A DNA stretch of 64,000 nucleotides from Paragordius varius. Taxonomy: Eukaryota > Animalia > Nematomorpha. Positions within the stretch are counted from its first letter, which is position 1. Each line of letters starts with the position of its first letter. This document shows positions 25,214-37,422 of the stretch, in pieces. A model generated the notes under the pieces. It saw only the letters and a list, made by a program, of their open reading frames with translations, was not told the origin of the DNA and did no database searches. The stretch covers positions 124,001 to 188,000 of the forward strand of contig OZ176052.1 of assembly GCA_964247055.1 (NCBI GenBank). The letters are read 5' to 3'. Position numbers and translations under genes: made by a program.

Positions 25214-28200
25214 ATGATTAAAAGTCAATTCGAACAGCTGAACATCAAAGATTCCAAACAAGAAAATGGCCTTCGAATCGGCATTCTCGGTGCCAAAGTT
25301 TGGCAAGGCCAGGTAAAATTTTTATGGATTATTTGGAGATTTATAAAATCATGTGTTTTTTTTCTCGTTCAAAGATGACGTTTTTATCGATTTTTCCACC
25401 CGCGCAAAAACTGTAAATGTTGACCTCGAAAAAGTATAAAGATATGCACGAGGAAAGGTCAATGCCAATGCATATATGTAGTGGATTTATGATTTTTTTA
25501 TTTCCTTGTACCGTATAAGAAGCCAAGATATATTCGTATATTTGGAACACATTGTTAACTGTAAACACCATCATAAATCATTTTACATATATATAGGCAA
25601 TTAATTTTATCAATTGTATCTATACTACATAAGACTGGCCAAAACGTGTTTTTTTGTCTAGTCTGGTTTTTTATTAAATTTAAATTTAAGATTTTGAGGA
25701 AGGACGAGTGTAACAATATGAGTAAGAATACAACATTGCTATAGAAAGTTATTATTAATTATTGGCAAATAGTAAATACATCAAAGGGCAGTATTATTGG
25801 TTTATAGTTAATTTTTCTTTTTACATTTTTAGCCAATAATAATTCTCTTTGCTGCAGCATATGCTAATTAAAAATTTCTAGCAATATGAATTCATACTCT
25901 CATACTGTGTTACTAATATACTAATTTAGTTCAATTTGTCTGATTGTTACCAATATCACCATTTTTGAAATATATATATATAATAGTTAAGTAGCAAACA
26001 CTGTCAAAGTTTTAATAAGGTGATAAACAAAAAAAATAATTTCATTATATTGTAGAGTTATATCTCGCGATAAACGCATGTTGGAATTTATAATTACGAT
26101 ATTTGCATTCATCACCGGTCAGATCTAATATTTTATCTATAAATTTATGCATAGTTAAAAGCGGGCGCGGCCTAAACTTTTAAAACTGAATCGGTTTGAT
26201 AATACTTAAGGAACCAATTTATAATTGGTTTCAAAACATTATTTTAAGGCTAATATAGCCAAATTACTAAATAGGGAATTTCAATGCAGCTAAATTTTAC
26301 TCTTAATTATGTGCGGAGGAGTGTATATGTAATTTATAAGTAAAATTTTCCAATTATTTTTTTGCATTAGCCGTGTTATACCAAATGTAAAATAATAATA
26401 TTTTGAATCCTTTTTCGATGTCTTTAAATAAAATTTTGTTCAGTTTATTTATAAGATCAGATTGTTAACTGTTAAATCGCTTAAAAAAAGATTACCTTCA
26501 AAGCCTTATTTTTATTTCATTTACATATTAAGGGTAATGATTGTTCCTACCTAGAAAAACCAAAAACACAGGAACAAACAATAAATTTAAAAAAATATGT
26601 AAAAATATACTCCATATAATGTCAGCTATAACCTACCTATCTATGTATAAATTTAGCGGAAACATGGCGTGGAATTAGGTCCTGACATGATGCGAAAAGC
26701 CGGAATCGTGGATCGTCTCAAGCAGCTTTCGAGTGATGTAAAAGATTTTGGGGACATTTGTCCGATTGAGATTGAAAATGACAATGTGGGAAAGATTGCA
26801 AATCCTCGGATCGTTGGTGATTACTGTAAAAAGGTAATATTACTCCTAAAATTAAATTTTATTTAACTTTTATTATAGAAATATTAAGAAATAGAGATAT
26901 TATTGCGGAGTTTCTAGGGATTTACCCTTAAAGAAACAAATTTTACAAATATCCATTCACTTGTTGGAACAAATGATTTTGATTAAATTTGTGATATAAC
27001 CGTGTGGTCTTGTATATTCTGTGCGCGGTACAATTGGCTTGATATATAATAATGTGCATATAGTTTAATATTCTTTTAAATTCAAACGACAAATAAAAGT
27101 TATTAAAACGATAATTCACCACTGCCCTCAGATCAAACATTAAAATCAATTTTATCGTTTTTGAAAAAGGCTTCATATGACAATAGGATATGTCGCATAT
27201 TTATATTACAGTCATGTATCCTATATTTTATCAAAATTTATTATTTTTCGTTAAATGGGTATAAATATTTGGTAAAGAATAGAAAAAACAAGAGCTCTAT
27301 GGTAATAAAAATATCATATTTATCAAAAAAATATAAGAATTACCATAGAGCTCTTGTTTTTTCTATTCTTTACCAAATATTTATACCCATTTAAAGAAAA
27401 AAAAAATAAATTTTGATAAAATAAAGGTTACATGATTGTATAATGGTTGCTTATTTCACATATAATAATAGAACAATTTGCAACACACTAGTGTATAATG
27501 GAAAAAAGAAAGGCAAAAATTGTTTTTTTCAACATTTTATTGTTTTTTCCATACACTACGCTATGTTGCAAATTGCCCAACTATAGTATGTGTGAAATAA
27601 GCAACATTAAAATGCATACTGTATATAATTACTAGAAACTTTAGTGTATAAAAATAACAGGTTTAAAATCAACAAAATTAATTAGAGATAAATGACAGAC
27701 CACAACTTAATTTAGCTCTATAGTAAAATTTGTCAAATGGTTATTTAGCTTGTGATTAACCCAGGTATTTTGATTAAATCGGTTACTTTGTAAACGATCC
27801 TGAGTAGATGATACCTGGGTGAAGAAAATTTGATTTTAATTTTTTTATCTTTTTTATAATTTTATTTTTGCCGTACAGCTGACAGACAAACTTGTAGTAT
27901 GGTACGAGAAATTTCTTTTTATTATTATTTATATAAAAAAAATTTTTTTTTATTCATTCATTCGATATAATTTTCGTCTGGCTTTCAACAAAGATTTGCG
28001 ATTTGAAGGCCCCTTATGTATCAGAAAAAATATATATTTATTTTTTTGTCATTTTTTGTAATTGTATTTTTATTACAGTTAAGCGAAATTTTACGGACAA
28101 TACGTAAAAATATAACGACAAATATTTTTTTCTAAAAGAAAACCAATTTCAAACTTTTTCAACATTAATTTTCCCACATAAGCTATTTAATTACAATTGT

Positions 28201-31200
28201 TATATTGTTTGCGTCACCAATTACTTATCAATTTTATAAATTGCAATTTGTTATAAAAAATGCAGTTTAAAAAAGTATAAAAATTAATTGTCTTTATTTT
28301 TACATTTTGTCCGTATAATTCCAATTTTTATTATAATGTATAGCTCTCAGAGTATATATATATGCCTTTTATTATTTATCTCACAAAATTTGTCTTTTAT
28401 TTTTCCAGCTTTTCTGGATTTTTGACAATTTTAATTTTAGAAAAACGCCATCTTTATAGTAAATATTTAACATATTATGGAGATTATTTCTGTAATTGCA
28501 AAGGTAGGCTAAGAAAAATAATCTCCATATTATGTTAAAAATTTCAATTTAGTCTAATCTTTTTTTTACACTTTTCATTCCTTAGCTTTCAGACAAAGTT
28601 GCCAGCATAGTACGAGATGAAAACCGGTTATGTGTCGTGTTGGGCGGAGATCATAGCCTGGCGGCCGGAAGCCTTCACGGGCATGTTGAAGCGCATCCAG
28701 ATGTTTGTGTTGTCTGGGTCGATGCTCACACCGATCTCCATTTACCCTGTACGTCGCCTTCAGGGAATTTACATGGATGCCCGATGGGACTTATGATTCG
28801 GGAACTCAATAACTCACCTGCCAATACTAATCCACTTCCGGGCTGGGAATGGCATGTTAATAGGTTTGGTTCTTGGTTTGGTTAGATATTGATTTTTGGG
28901 AAAGATTTTTGAAGTTTTTTGAAGCATTTTGAAGTTTTTTATATGTGGAGATTTTTATAAAAGATTGTATGTTTGAAGCATTTTGAAGTTTTTTATATGT
29001 GGATATAGATATTTAAAGTTAATGCTTAAACTCGCGGGGTGGGAATGGCATATCAATAGGTTCGGTTTGGTTTATATATATTTATTTTTGGGTAAAATTT
29101 TAAAATTTTTGTTACTTGTCAGGATTTTTTAAAGTTTTTATATGTGGAGATTTTTTTAAAGATTGTTTGAAGCATTTTAAAGTTTTTTATATGTGGAGAT
29201 TATGTACATAGATATTTAAGGTTAATACTTAAACTCGCGGGGTGGGAATGGCATGTTAATAGGTTCGGTTTGGTTAGATTTTGATTTTTGGGAAATTTTA
29301 AGAATTTTGTTGCTTGATAAGATTTTTAAAAGGTTTTTGAAGTTTTTATATATGGAGATTACATATATAGTTTAAGGTTTATTCTTAAACTCGCGGGCTG
29401 GGAATGGCATGTTAATAGGTTTGGTTTGGTTAGATATTGATTTTAAGATTTCTAAAAGGTTATTTGAAGCATTTTAAAGGATTTATAGTAGATATTTTTA
29501 AGTTTTTAAAAATTTGGATTTTTGTGTAAAATTTTGAGATTTTTAGATTGTTTGAAGCATTTTGAAGTTTTTTGTATGTGGAGATTTTTTTAAAAGATTA
29601 TTTTAGGTTAAATTTTTAAATGGCATGTTAATAGGTTCGGTTTGGTTTTTATGTTTGGGAAAAATTTTAAGATTTTTGTTGCTTGTCAAGATTTTTGAAG
29701 GATTTTAAGTTTTTATATGTGGACATTATGTAGTCAGATATTTAAGGTTAATGCTTAAACTCGCGGGGTGGGAATGGCATGTTGATAGGTTTGGTTTATA
29801 AATATTTATTTTTGGGGAAAATTTTAAAATTTTTGTTATCAAGATTTTTAAAAGATTTTTAAAGTTTTTACATGTGGAGATTTTGTATATAGATATTTAA
29901 GGTTAATTCTTAAACTCGCGGGGTGGGAATGGCATGTTAATAGGTTAGGTTCGATTTTTATTTTTGAGAAATTTGTCAAATTTTTGTTGCTTGACAAGAT
30001 TTTTAAAAGGTTTTTGAAGGATTTTGAATTTTTATATGTGGAGAATATGTATATAGATTATTAAGGTTAATTCTTAAACTCGCGGGCGGGGAATGGCATG
30101 TTAATAGGTTTGGTTTGGTCAGATATTGATTTTTGTGAAATATTTAAGAATTTTGTTGCTTGTCAAGATTTTTAAAGTTTTTATATGTGGAGATTATGTA
30201 CTCAGATATAAAGGTTAATTCTTAAACTCGCGGGCTGGGAATGGCATGTTAATAGGTTAGCGGTTAGCTTCGCTTGGTTAGATATTGATTTTAGTAAAAG
30301 TCATTTAAATGTTGCTTTTAAGTAGTTCAATTTATAATGATTAAACATAAAATGTACATATTTCTGTGATTTTGGAATATTTTTGTATTCAATTTATCAT
30401 AAGATGTGAGTCATAAAATTATTTATATTTATTACACATAAATATTTAATATGAATATAAATAAAGAAAGTCAAAATTTTTATTTAAAATATATATATAT
30501 ATATATATATATACTAGCGTGAATCTCGTGCTGCTACGCAGCCCGAGGAAGTCCTTCGGACCTCTGGGGGGGGGGAGGTTCGAAGTTTGGATTTGATTGG
30601 GTTTACCGGTTTTCCTGTACCAGATCACAAAGCCAGCATTTTCCATTTTTATAAATATATAGATTACCATAAATAATGTATTAATATCCATATATCTTTT
30701 AACATGCTATGCATATGATAGATACTCCTTACTCAGCATCTATCATCAAATAAACGGTGGACTAAAATTTTTGCCTTTTAACAGGCAATACGAAAAATCT
30801 TTCTCGAATTTTTACAGTCTCATACCGTGGACAAAAAAATACAATCAAAAAAATATTTTTGGTTTTTTTTTTTGAAAAAAAAATGGCATTTTACGGGGGT
30901 AGCGGTTAAAAAGAGGGCCTAAATCAAAAAAGTGACTCGACTATGTTTAGCGCGATCAAAAATAAGTAAACAAAATTCATATTTGAAATTGAATGGTCCA
31001 ACACGTTCTCCAAAAAATTGACTTAACCCATTTTTCTTACGGGGTGGGCCCAAACTGGGGACCTAATTCCAAAAAAGGGCGAAGCTATTGTCGGGGCATT
31101 CATTAATGATTAAATTTTTTCGATGTTTAAATTTGATTGGGTTCACCGGTTTTCCGGAAACAGATCACAAAGTATGAAAAATCAGTTTTTAGCGGGTAGC

Positions 31201-32100
31201 TCCTTACCCAGCAGCTATCATCAAAGAAACGGTAGACTAAAATTTTTGCCTTTTAAGAGGGAATACGTGGAATCTTTATTGAATTTTTACGGTCTCATAC
31301 CTAGGGCGAAAAATCGATTTAAAAAATTATTTTTGTGGACTTTGTTTTTTGAAAAAGGTGGCATTTTACGGGGGGAGCGGGTAAAAAGAGGGCCTAAATC
31401 AAAAAAGTGGCTCGGCTATGTTCGGCGCAATCGAAAATAAGTAAACAAAAATCATATTTGAAATTGAATGGTCCAACACGTTCTCCGGAAAATTGTCTCA
31501 AAGACACGATTTTTGTGGACTTCTGTTTTCAAAAAAAACCCGTTTTTCATACGGGGTGGGCCCGAACTGGGGGCCTATTTCAAAAAAAGGGCGAAGCTAT
31601 TGTCGGGGCATTCATTAATGATTATATTTTTTCGATATTTGGATTTGATTGGGTTCACCGGTTTTCCTGTACCAGATCACAAAGCCAGCATTTTCCATTT
31701 TTATAAATATATAGATATATATATATATAAAGTCAAAATTTTTATTCAAAAAATATATATGCTTATAAATAGAATCCCAGCCAGCAATCTAGTGTACATT
31801 GGAAGTCGTGATGTCGATACAGCAGAAATGTAACTTTTTTTTCTTTTTTTGAGAAATAATTTTGATTTTTAATATTTGATTTTTAAGATATTTCTATTTT
31901 TTGGGTCAATAGGTACTTTTTGAAGCGTTTGGGAATCCGTTATTTTTCCACGCGAGAAATTGATGAGATTGGAATGCAGAATGTGGCTCGGCTTGCTATT
32001 CAACACATAAATCCTTAGTAAGTGCCAAAAAAAATTTTTTTTCCTTGATAAAAATATTTCAATTCCTTTAATTTGAAAGGATGTCATCGCAAAAAATATT

Positions 32101-32188
<88 letters not shown>

Positions 32189-34191
32189 CTTGTTTCAAGG
32201 GGGGACCATGAACCTTATATTACCATTTACGACAATTCAAATTTACTCTAAAAATAAATTGTGTTTTCGGACAATTCCAACTTTTACTATACTTCAGGGT
32301 CATAAAAAAGCACTTTTAAGGCCACGTTTTAAGTATCGCTGAGTTAAATAAACGAGATAAAAAATATGGATGTTTATGTGACAAAAAAAATTGTCTATAA
32401 CTTTAGATGTAAATTTTTAACTTTTATTTCTGGTTATATATATGTAGTTTAGATAAACCAATTGTCATTCAATTTGACATTGACAGTTTAGATCCTTTGG
32501 ATGCCCCAACGACAGGAACGCCCGTTGATGGCGGAATGACTTTACGGGAAGGATTAACTCTAGTTGAGGAACTTTGTCGCACAAGTAAAAGAAAGCATTT
32601 CATATGGGTTTAATAACTGGATAAATTTTATCTATACTATACCATTTACAATTCAAATTCACCCTTTTTGAACAATATAAATTCAACCTTAAACAATTCA
32701 AATTCACCCTTGAACAATTCAATTTCACCCTTTTTGAACAATTCAAATTCACCCTTTTTAAACAATTCAAATTCACCCTTTTTGAACAATTCCTAATTCA
32801 CCCTTTTTGAACAATTCAAATTCACCCTTGAACAATCTAAATTCACCCTTGAACAATTTAAATCTACCCTCGAACAATTAAATTTCACCCTTAAACAATT
32901 CAAATTTACCCTAAAAATAAATTATAAAATTTCCGTCTAATATAACTCATCATTATAATTTATAATATATTTTTATGGCAAAGTTTATTATTTTTTCAGT
33001 ATTATTTTGATTACATACAAAGTTTGTTTTTTAAAAAATATAAAAAAAATATAGGTAATTTTAAACTTAAAAAACACGTAATTTATTTTAGGATGAATTT
33101 GAATTGTTCAAGGGGGTGAATTTGAATTGTTCAAGGGTGAATTTGAATTGTTCAAGGGTGAACTTGAACTGTAAATGGTATATATATAAAATTTAATTTC
33201 TATAAGAATATTTAAGCCTGGTTTTTTGCCATCCTGGTCACATAAGGTTCGAGTTTCAATAGTACTTTTAGATTCATTAGCCATATGATTAGGTCAAATA
33301 ACTAAAATATGTATTTATATAAATTTGCGTTTTACACTGTAATATCAATTTTAATAGAGACTGTACTTTTGTATTTGTCCCTACTTATCACTTATTTCCA
33401 ATTTTTTTTTACAGTTAATTTATAAAAGAAAGGCGCAAAAATCATTTTTTTTTCTATTTAAAATGATATAAAAGTGCAGCATTAGAAGGAAAATTTATTA
33501 TTTTCCGATACCCATTAATTTTGGCAGAATTGTGGAATCATACAGTAGTAAAAATTGATATTATACGGACAATACGTGAAAATATAAAGACAAATATTAT
33601 TTTTAATTATTGTTTTTGAACAGGGTATGAAATTGGAATGTAAATTAGAAACATAATCAATTATATATATATATATATATTACAATTGTAATATTAAATA
33701 ATTTATATGGGAATTAACAAGAGGTTTAAAAAAACTACAGCGGTTTTTTCCAAATATATTTGTCTTATGAGAATTATGTTTTTCCCGTATAATTTCATTT
33801 TTTACTGTATTCCGAGTCCCTTGACTTGATGTTAAGTTAAGCGAACATAATTATAGAATATATATAAAAATTTTTTTATTATGGGTTATTAACATTGAAA
33901 CGTGATATAAATTTGACTTTAACTTAGAAACTTATATTTTCTATTCCATAAAAGTTAAAAGGTCATAATTTTATTTCTTTGCATGTGTTAGAATGTGTCA
34001 TTGGAATTGACATGGTTGAAGTGAATGTTAAACTCGGGACCGAAACCGAAGGTGAAAAGACTGTCCGCGCAGCTAATAAATTGATTGCAACTGCGTTGGG
34101 GGAACCGCGGCACGGATTTTTACCGCCAGATTTTACAGTTAAAGAATTACCAGTTATAGCGGACCGGAAAATTCCGAATGGTTCCCTCTAA
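25214..34191 (+). CDS. ARG: Arginase (ureohydrolase family)
   Basis: Exons 25214-25312, 26657-26833, 28586-28863, 31773-31829, 31913-32017, 32448-32584, 33992-34191, all GT-AG and phase-consistent. Motifs IGILGA..GQ, GVELGP, LGGDHS, WVDAHTD, SGNLHG, YIGSRDVD, FDIDSLDP, TGTPV.GG, DMVEVN. The true start may lie further upstream (see findings). Confidence 0.95.
27251..27394. repeat. Perfect 56-bp inverted repeat with a 32-nt loop, in arginase intron 2
   Basis: 27251-27306 is the exact reverse complement of 27339-27394; looser arms extend to about 27205 and 27440. Confidence 0.92.
28074..28333. mobile_element. MITE family A copy in an arginase intron
   Basis: Same inverted arms, slightly decayed. 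Confidence 0.85.
28840..30290 (+). repeat. Tandem array (units roughly 150-220 bp) repeating the 3' end and donor of arginase exon 3
   Basis: GG(G/C)TGGGAATGGCATGTTAATAG|GTT occurs at the real exon end (28863) and again ending at 29059, 29262, 29418, 29634 (partial), 29788, 29943, 30107 and 30255. Confidence 0.93.
30514..31715 (-). mobile_element. Compound non-autonomous Helitron (short complete copy plus tandem internal duplication)
   Basis: CTAG 3' end at 30514 with GCTGC-TAC-GCAGC hairpin; 5' TC-TATATA termini at 30663 and 31715; two related units about 30720-31175 and 31195-31715; homologous to 12468-13061. Confidence 0.75.
32104..32183. repeat. (TA)n microsatellite of about 40 units
   Basis: Uninterrupted TA run in arginase intron 5; it explains the YIYIYI ORF. 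Confidence 0.97.
32638..33182. mobile_element. Foldback-type element with about 21-bp internal tandem repeats
   Basis: Termini TATACCATTTACA and TGTAAATGGTATA; many AACAATTCAAATTCACCCTT(G) units in the left arm and a few reverse-complement units in the right. Confidence 0.88.
33541..33809. mobile_element. MITE family A copy in an arginase intron
   Basis: Same inverted arms with TA flanks. Confidence 0.85.
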
Positions 34192-34751
34192 TGGGCGCGA
34201 AAAAAAAAACTGTTGTCTTTTTATTCTAGTCTTTTTTTTATTTACCGACACACAGACATATTTTTACATGACATAAACTTTTGAAGTTTAAATTATTTAA
34301 AAGAGCGTGAAATGTATGAAAAGTTAAAGATCAATGGGTGTTTTTTATGGAGAAAAAAACCATAAATTTTGAAATCTTTTTATATTATTTTAATTGAACC
34401 CATTTTACTGAGTTGCGGAATATGGAATTGAAATGTAAATTACTGTTAAATTTTAACATTTTATCATTGTAACTTTTGAAGGTTTTATAGAAAATTAAGA
34501 TTTAAAAATGTGTGGTTTTCTTTATGAAAAATATTCATTATTCTTTGACTTTTTTAAGGTTTGTTTTGTCCTCATAATTTTAACTTTACATATTTTTGCT
34601 ATATATATTTGCTAAAATATGCAAGCAATATATTATAATTAAATATTTTTAATCTAAACATGCCCAATTAAAATTTTAGCAAAATTTTTAGATTCTTAAA
34701 CCTTAATATCAATTATTCTAAGCCAAATATATTAGCTTTGTGATAAAAAAT

Positions 34752-35035
34752 AATTATACTATGGAAAAAATGAAAAAATATAAAGGCAAATTTTATTTTC
34801 AAAAGACAACCCCATACTTTTTTAAACCTTAATTTAAAAAAACATTATATTAATATTGTAAATATATAATTGATTGTGTCACCAATTTATATTTCTATAT
34901 TATACTTTATTGAAACAATGAGTTTTATTTAAAAAAAAATCAAGATTAAAAAAGTATGGGGTGGTCTTTTTGAAAAAAAATATTTGTCTTTATATTTTTT
35001 CACGTTTTGTCCGTATGATTTCAATTTTTACTGTA
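34752..35035. mobile_element. MITE family A copy
   Basis: Same inverted arms; left end decayed. Confidence 0.85.
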
Positions 35036-35668
35036 CTTAACGTAAGAGATTGTATATATATCCACACTTTTAAATGCAATATATATGAGCTTATAAAATT
35101 AACACTCCACTGTGTTTCAAAAAATCAACTTGAACTGTGAATAAATTTTTACTAATTATGTTGGTTTATATTATTTAAAAAAAGTTTTAAGGCAAAAATT
35201 GTCATTTATAAAAAGATTATATATAGATATATGCCTATAAATATATTAAACGACATAAGTTAGTAAATGCCAACATATAAAACTGAAGGCAAAAATCGAA
35301 AGGGAATACTGCACAATAATGGATTGGAAAAAATAAATAGAAATGGAATTTAGGAATTGTTAAAGAATATAAAAATATTTTAAATCAATTGATAAAACTA
35401 TATAATAACAGAAATAAATGGTTAAAATTAAAATCCAATTAAAATAATTAATATTTTCATGTTTTAAAAAAAAATCGGAAAAAATGGTTTTGAAGGCAAT
35501 TTTATTTAAAAATGGTTGCGGTTACTTAATTTTGATAATCTGATCTGAGTTTCTTCATTTTTTAAAATTTTCAAAAAAAAATTAAATTTTTTTCCATAAA
35601 ATTCTAAAATTAGGCTTTTATGTAAGAAATCCAAAAATCCAATACATTATGATTTAAATGATATATTT

Positions 35669-35699
<31 letters not shown>

Positions 35700-35997
35700 T
35701 TGCAAGTAGAATCCGTTTTAAATGGTCCTAAAAAATATAATGGTTCTAGCTCTAAAGAATTCTTGTTTTTAAAAATTGAGCGGGAAAAATAAAGTTTTAC
35801 AAATCGTACAAAATAAAAAGATCAAATCTTATATCTTTTATCAACAATAATGTTCTAAAACTTTACTTTAAAATAAAAAATATGAATCATCTGTCCTTTA
35901 TATAAAAATAAAAACCACAAATTACATTTTCCTTATATTATAATTAATGTACAAATTTATTAATTCTCAGATAAATTAAATAGATGTCATAGGTTGG

Positions 35998-37352
35998 TTA
36001 ATTCAGAATAGTGTGCTTATCAAAAACATTCTTTCTCTGTTCTTGGACTTGACCTTTCCACTTTTCGCTCTGTTTTCCAAAAGGCGCCAAAAATCTCTCC
36101 AGGAAGCGATGATTAGATATTCCACCAGAATTATCAGATGTCCACACTGGAATCGGACTTTCATCCTATAGAAAACACCAAATTTTTGACTTTAAAAATC
36201 AGTATATATCTTTAAAACTTATTTTTCATAAAAAAACTATAATGTGTTTTTAACCAGTTTATGTACCACAAAATTAAAATATATAACCTCAATTCTTTTA
36301 AAATAAGACACGTTAATCAAATTAAAATGATTATTATTGTTTTGGTTTTTAACTTGATTAAAACAAACAGTAAAAGTATTCTATATTAAAATCATTAATA
36401 AAAGTATATGTAACCGTAATTTTTATAGGTAACATAAGAATAATTGAAAAATCCCTATTTCAAATATTTTCATCGAAAATTATTTAGGGACAAAAATTTT
36501 GCAAAATCCTAATATAATATATTTAAAACGGTTATTTCACACAATATTTCAATTGTTTAACCCAATTTAAAGTATATTAAACTTGATTTTGATATGACAT
36601 ATACGGTTGTTCTCCAGATTTCTTGGGATCTAAGCAAGCCAGGAATAGCATGTACAGAAAGAGAGCGGATAAAAGCGATATAATAAATATAACTACAACC
36701 TAGAATAAAGTTAAATCAACTAACTTTAATGGTGAATGTGTTGCGATATTGATATTTGCATTTACATACTGAACAATGTTCGATTTCTTTGAGAAATGAA
36801 ACCAGAGGTCTGACATATTGGCAATTACTAGAAATAAAATAAAAATTATAGATTATAAAGGCAACAAAAATGGTTAATTTTTTTTTTAAATGTGACCTAA
36901 CTTCTTAGTTAAAAAATAAGGTGTTTAAAACAAACTTAATTTTATTGTTAAACTAATTATAGTTACGTATAATGTAAATAGTAAATTTATAAAGACAAAA
37001 TTTATCAGATTCTAGATATAAACTATCCGTTTGAGTTATAAAATAAGGATTATTTAAAGAGTAATCAAATAAATTTAAAATAATTAAGAATCAAAATATG
37101 GTTTTATTTATATGATTTGATATTTTGTTAAGATATAATATACCAGTTTACGGCAGAAACTTTCCCAATATAAATGTGTCGAATAGGTTTTGTATTAACA
37201 GTTGAATTAACGCTCGGTGGGCAGGGAAACTCACATTTACAGCGTTCATCATCGTTTTGACCCTAAAATTTATTGTTAAAAAACAATTAAACCTTTATAG
37301 GATGAACGAAAATTCCAAATCCAATCAGTAAAATAATAATCAACCAATTCAT
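35998..37352 (-). CDS. TMEM9: Transmembrane protein 9 family member
   Basis: Exons 37293-37352, 37144-37262, 36725-36827, 36583-36699, 35998-36165. Signal peptide MNWLIIILLIGFGIF, RCKC, CKCKYQYRNTFTIKVVVIF, YMLFLACLDP and C-terminal KWKGQVQEQRKNVFDKHTILN match TMEM9 family motifs. Confidence 0.93.
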
Positions 37353-37422
37353 AACTCATATGTGGCAAATATTCATGCACAAAAATGCATGGTTGAAAAA
37401 AAAAATTGAAAAGTAAAAAATA

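Noticed and set aside
28840-30290. Conserved GC-rich core with variable AT-rich spacers, CRISPR-like
   Set aside because: The spacers are homologous to one another and the core is the arginase exon end; it is a tandem duplication in a eukaryotic intron.
30446-31767. Several 75-120 aa ORFs (also 12814-13218)
   Set aside because: They lie within non-autonomous Helitron repeats with no Rep/helicase motifs; only the last codons of ORF 31468-31833 are a real arginase exon.
32073-32342. ORF with YIYIYI run
   Set aside because: Translation of a (TA)n microsatellite inside an arginase intron.
32640-32930. Regular 21-bp repeats suggesting a CRISPR array (also 39590-39850)
   Set aside because: No unique spacers, no cas genes, and the units recur inverted at the far end of a TIR-bounded element: foldback transposon.
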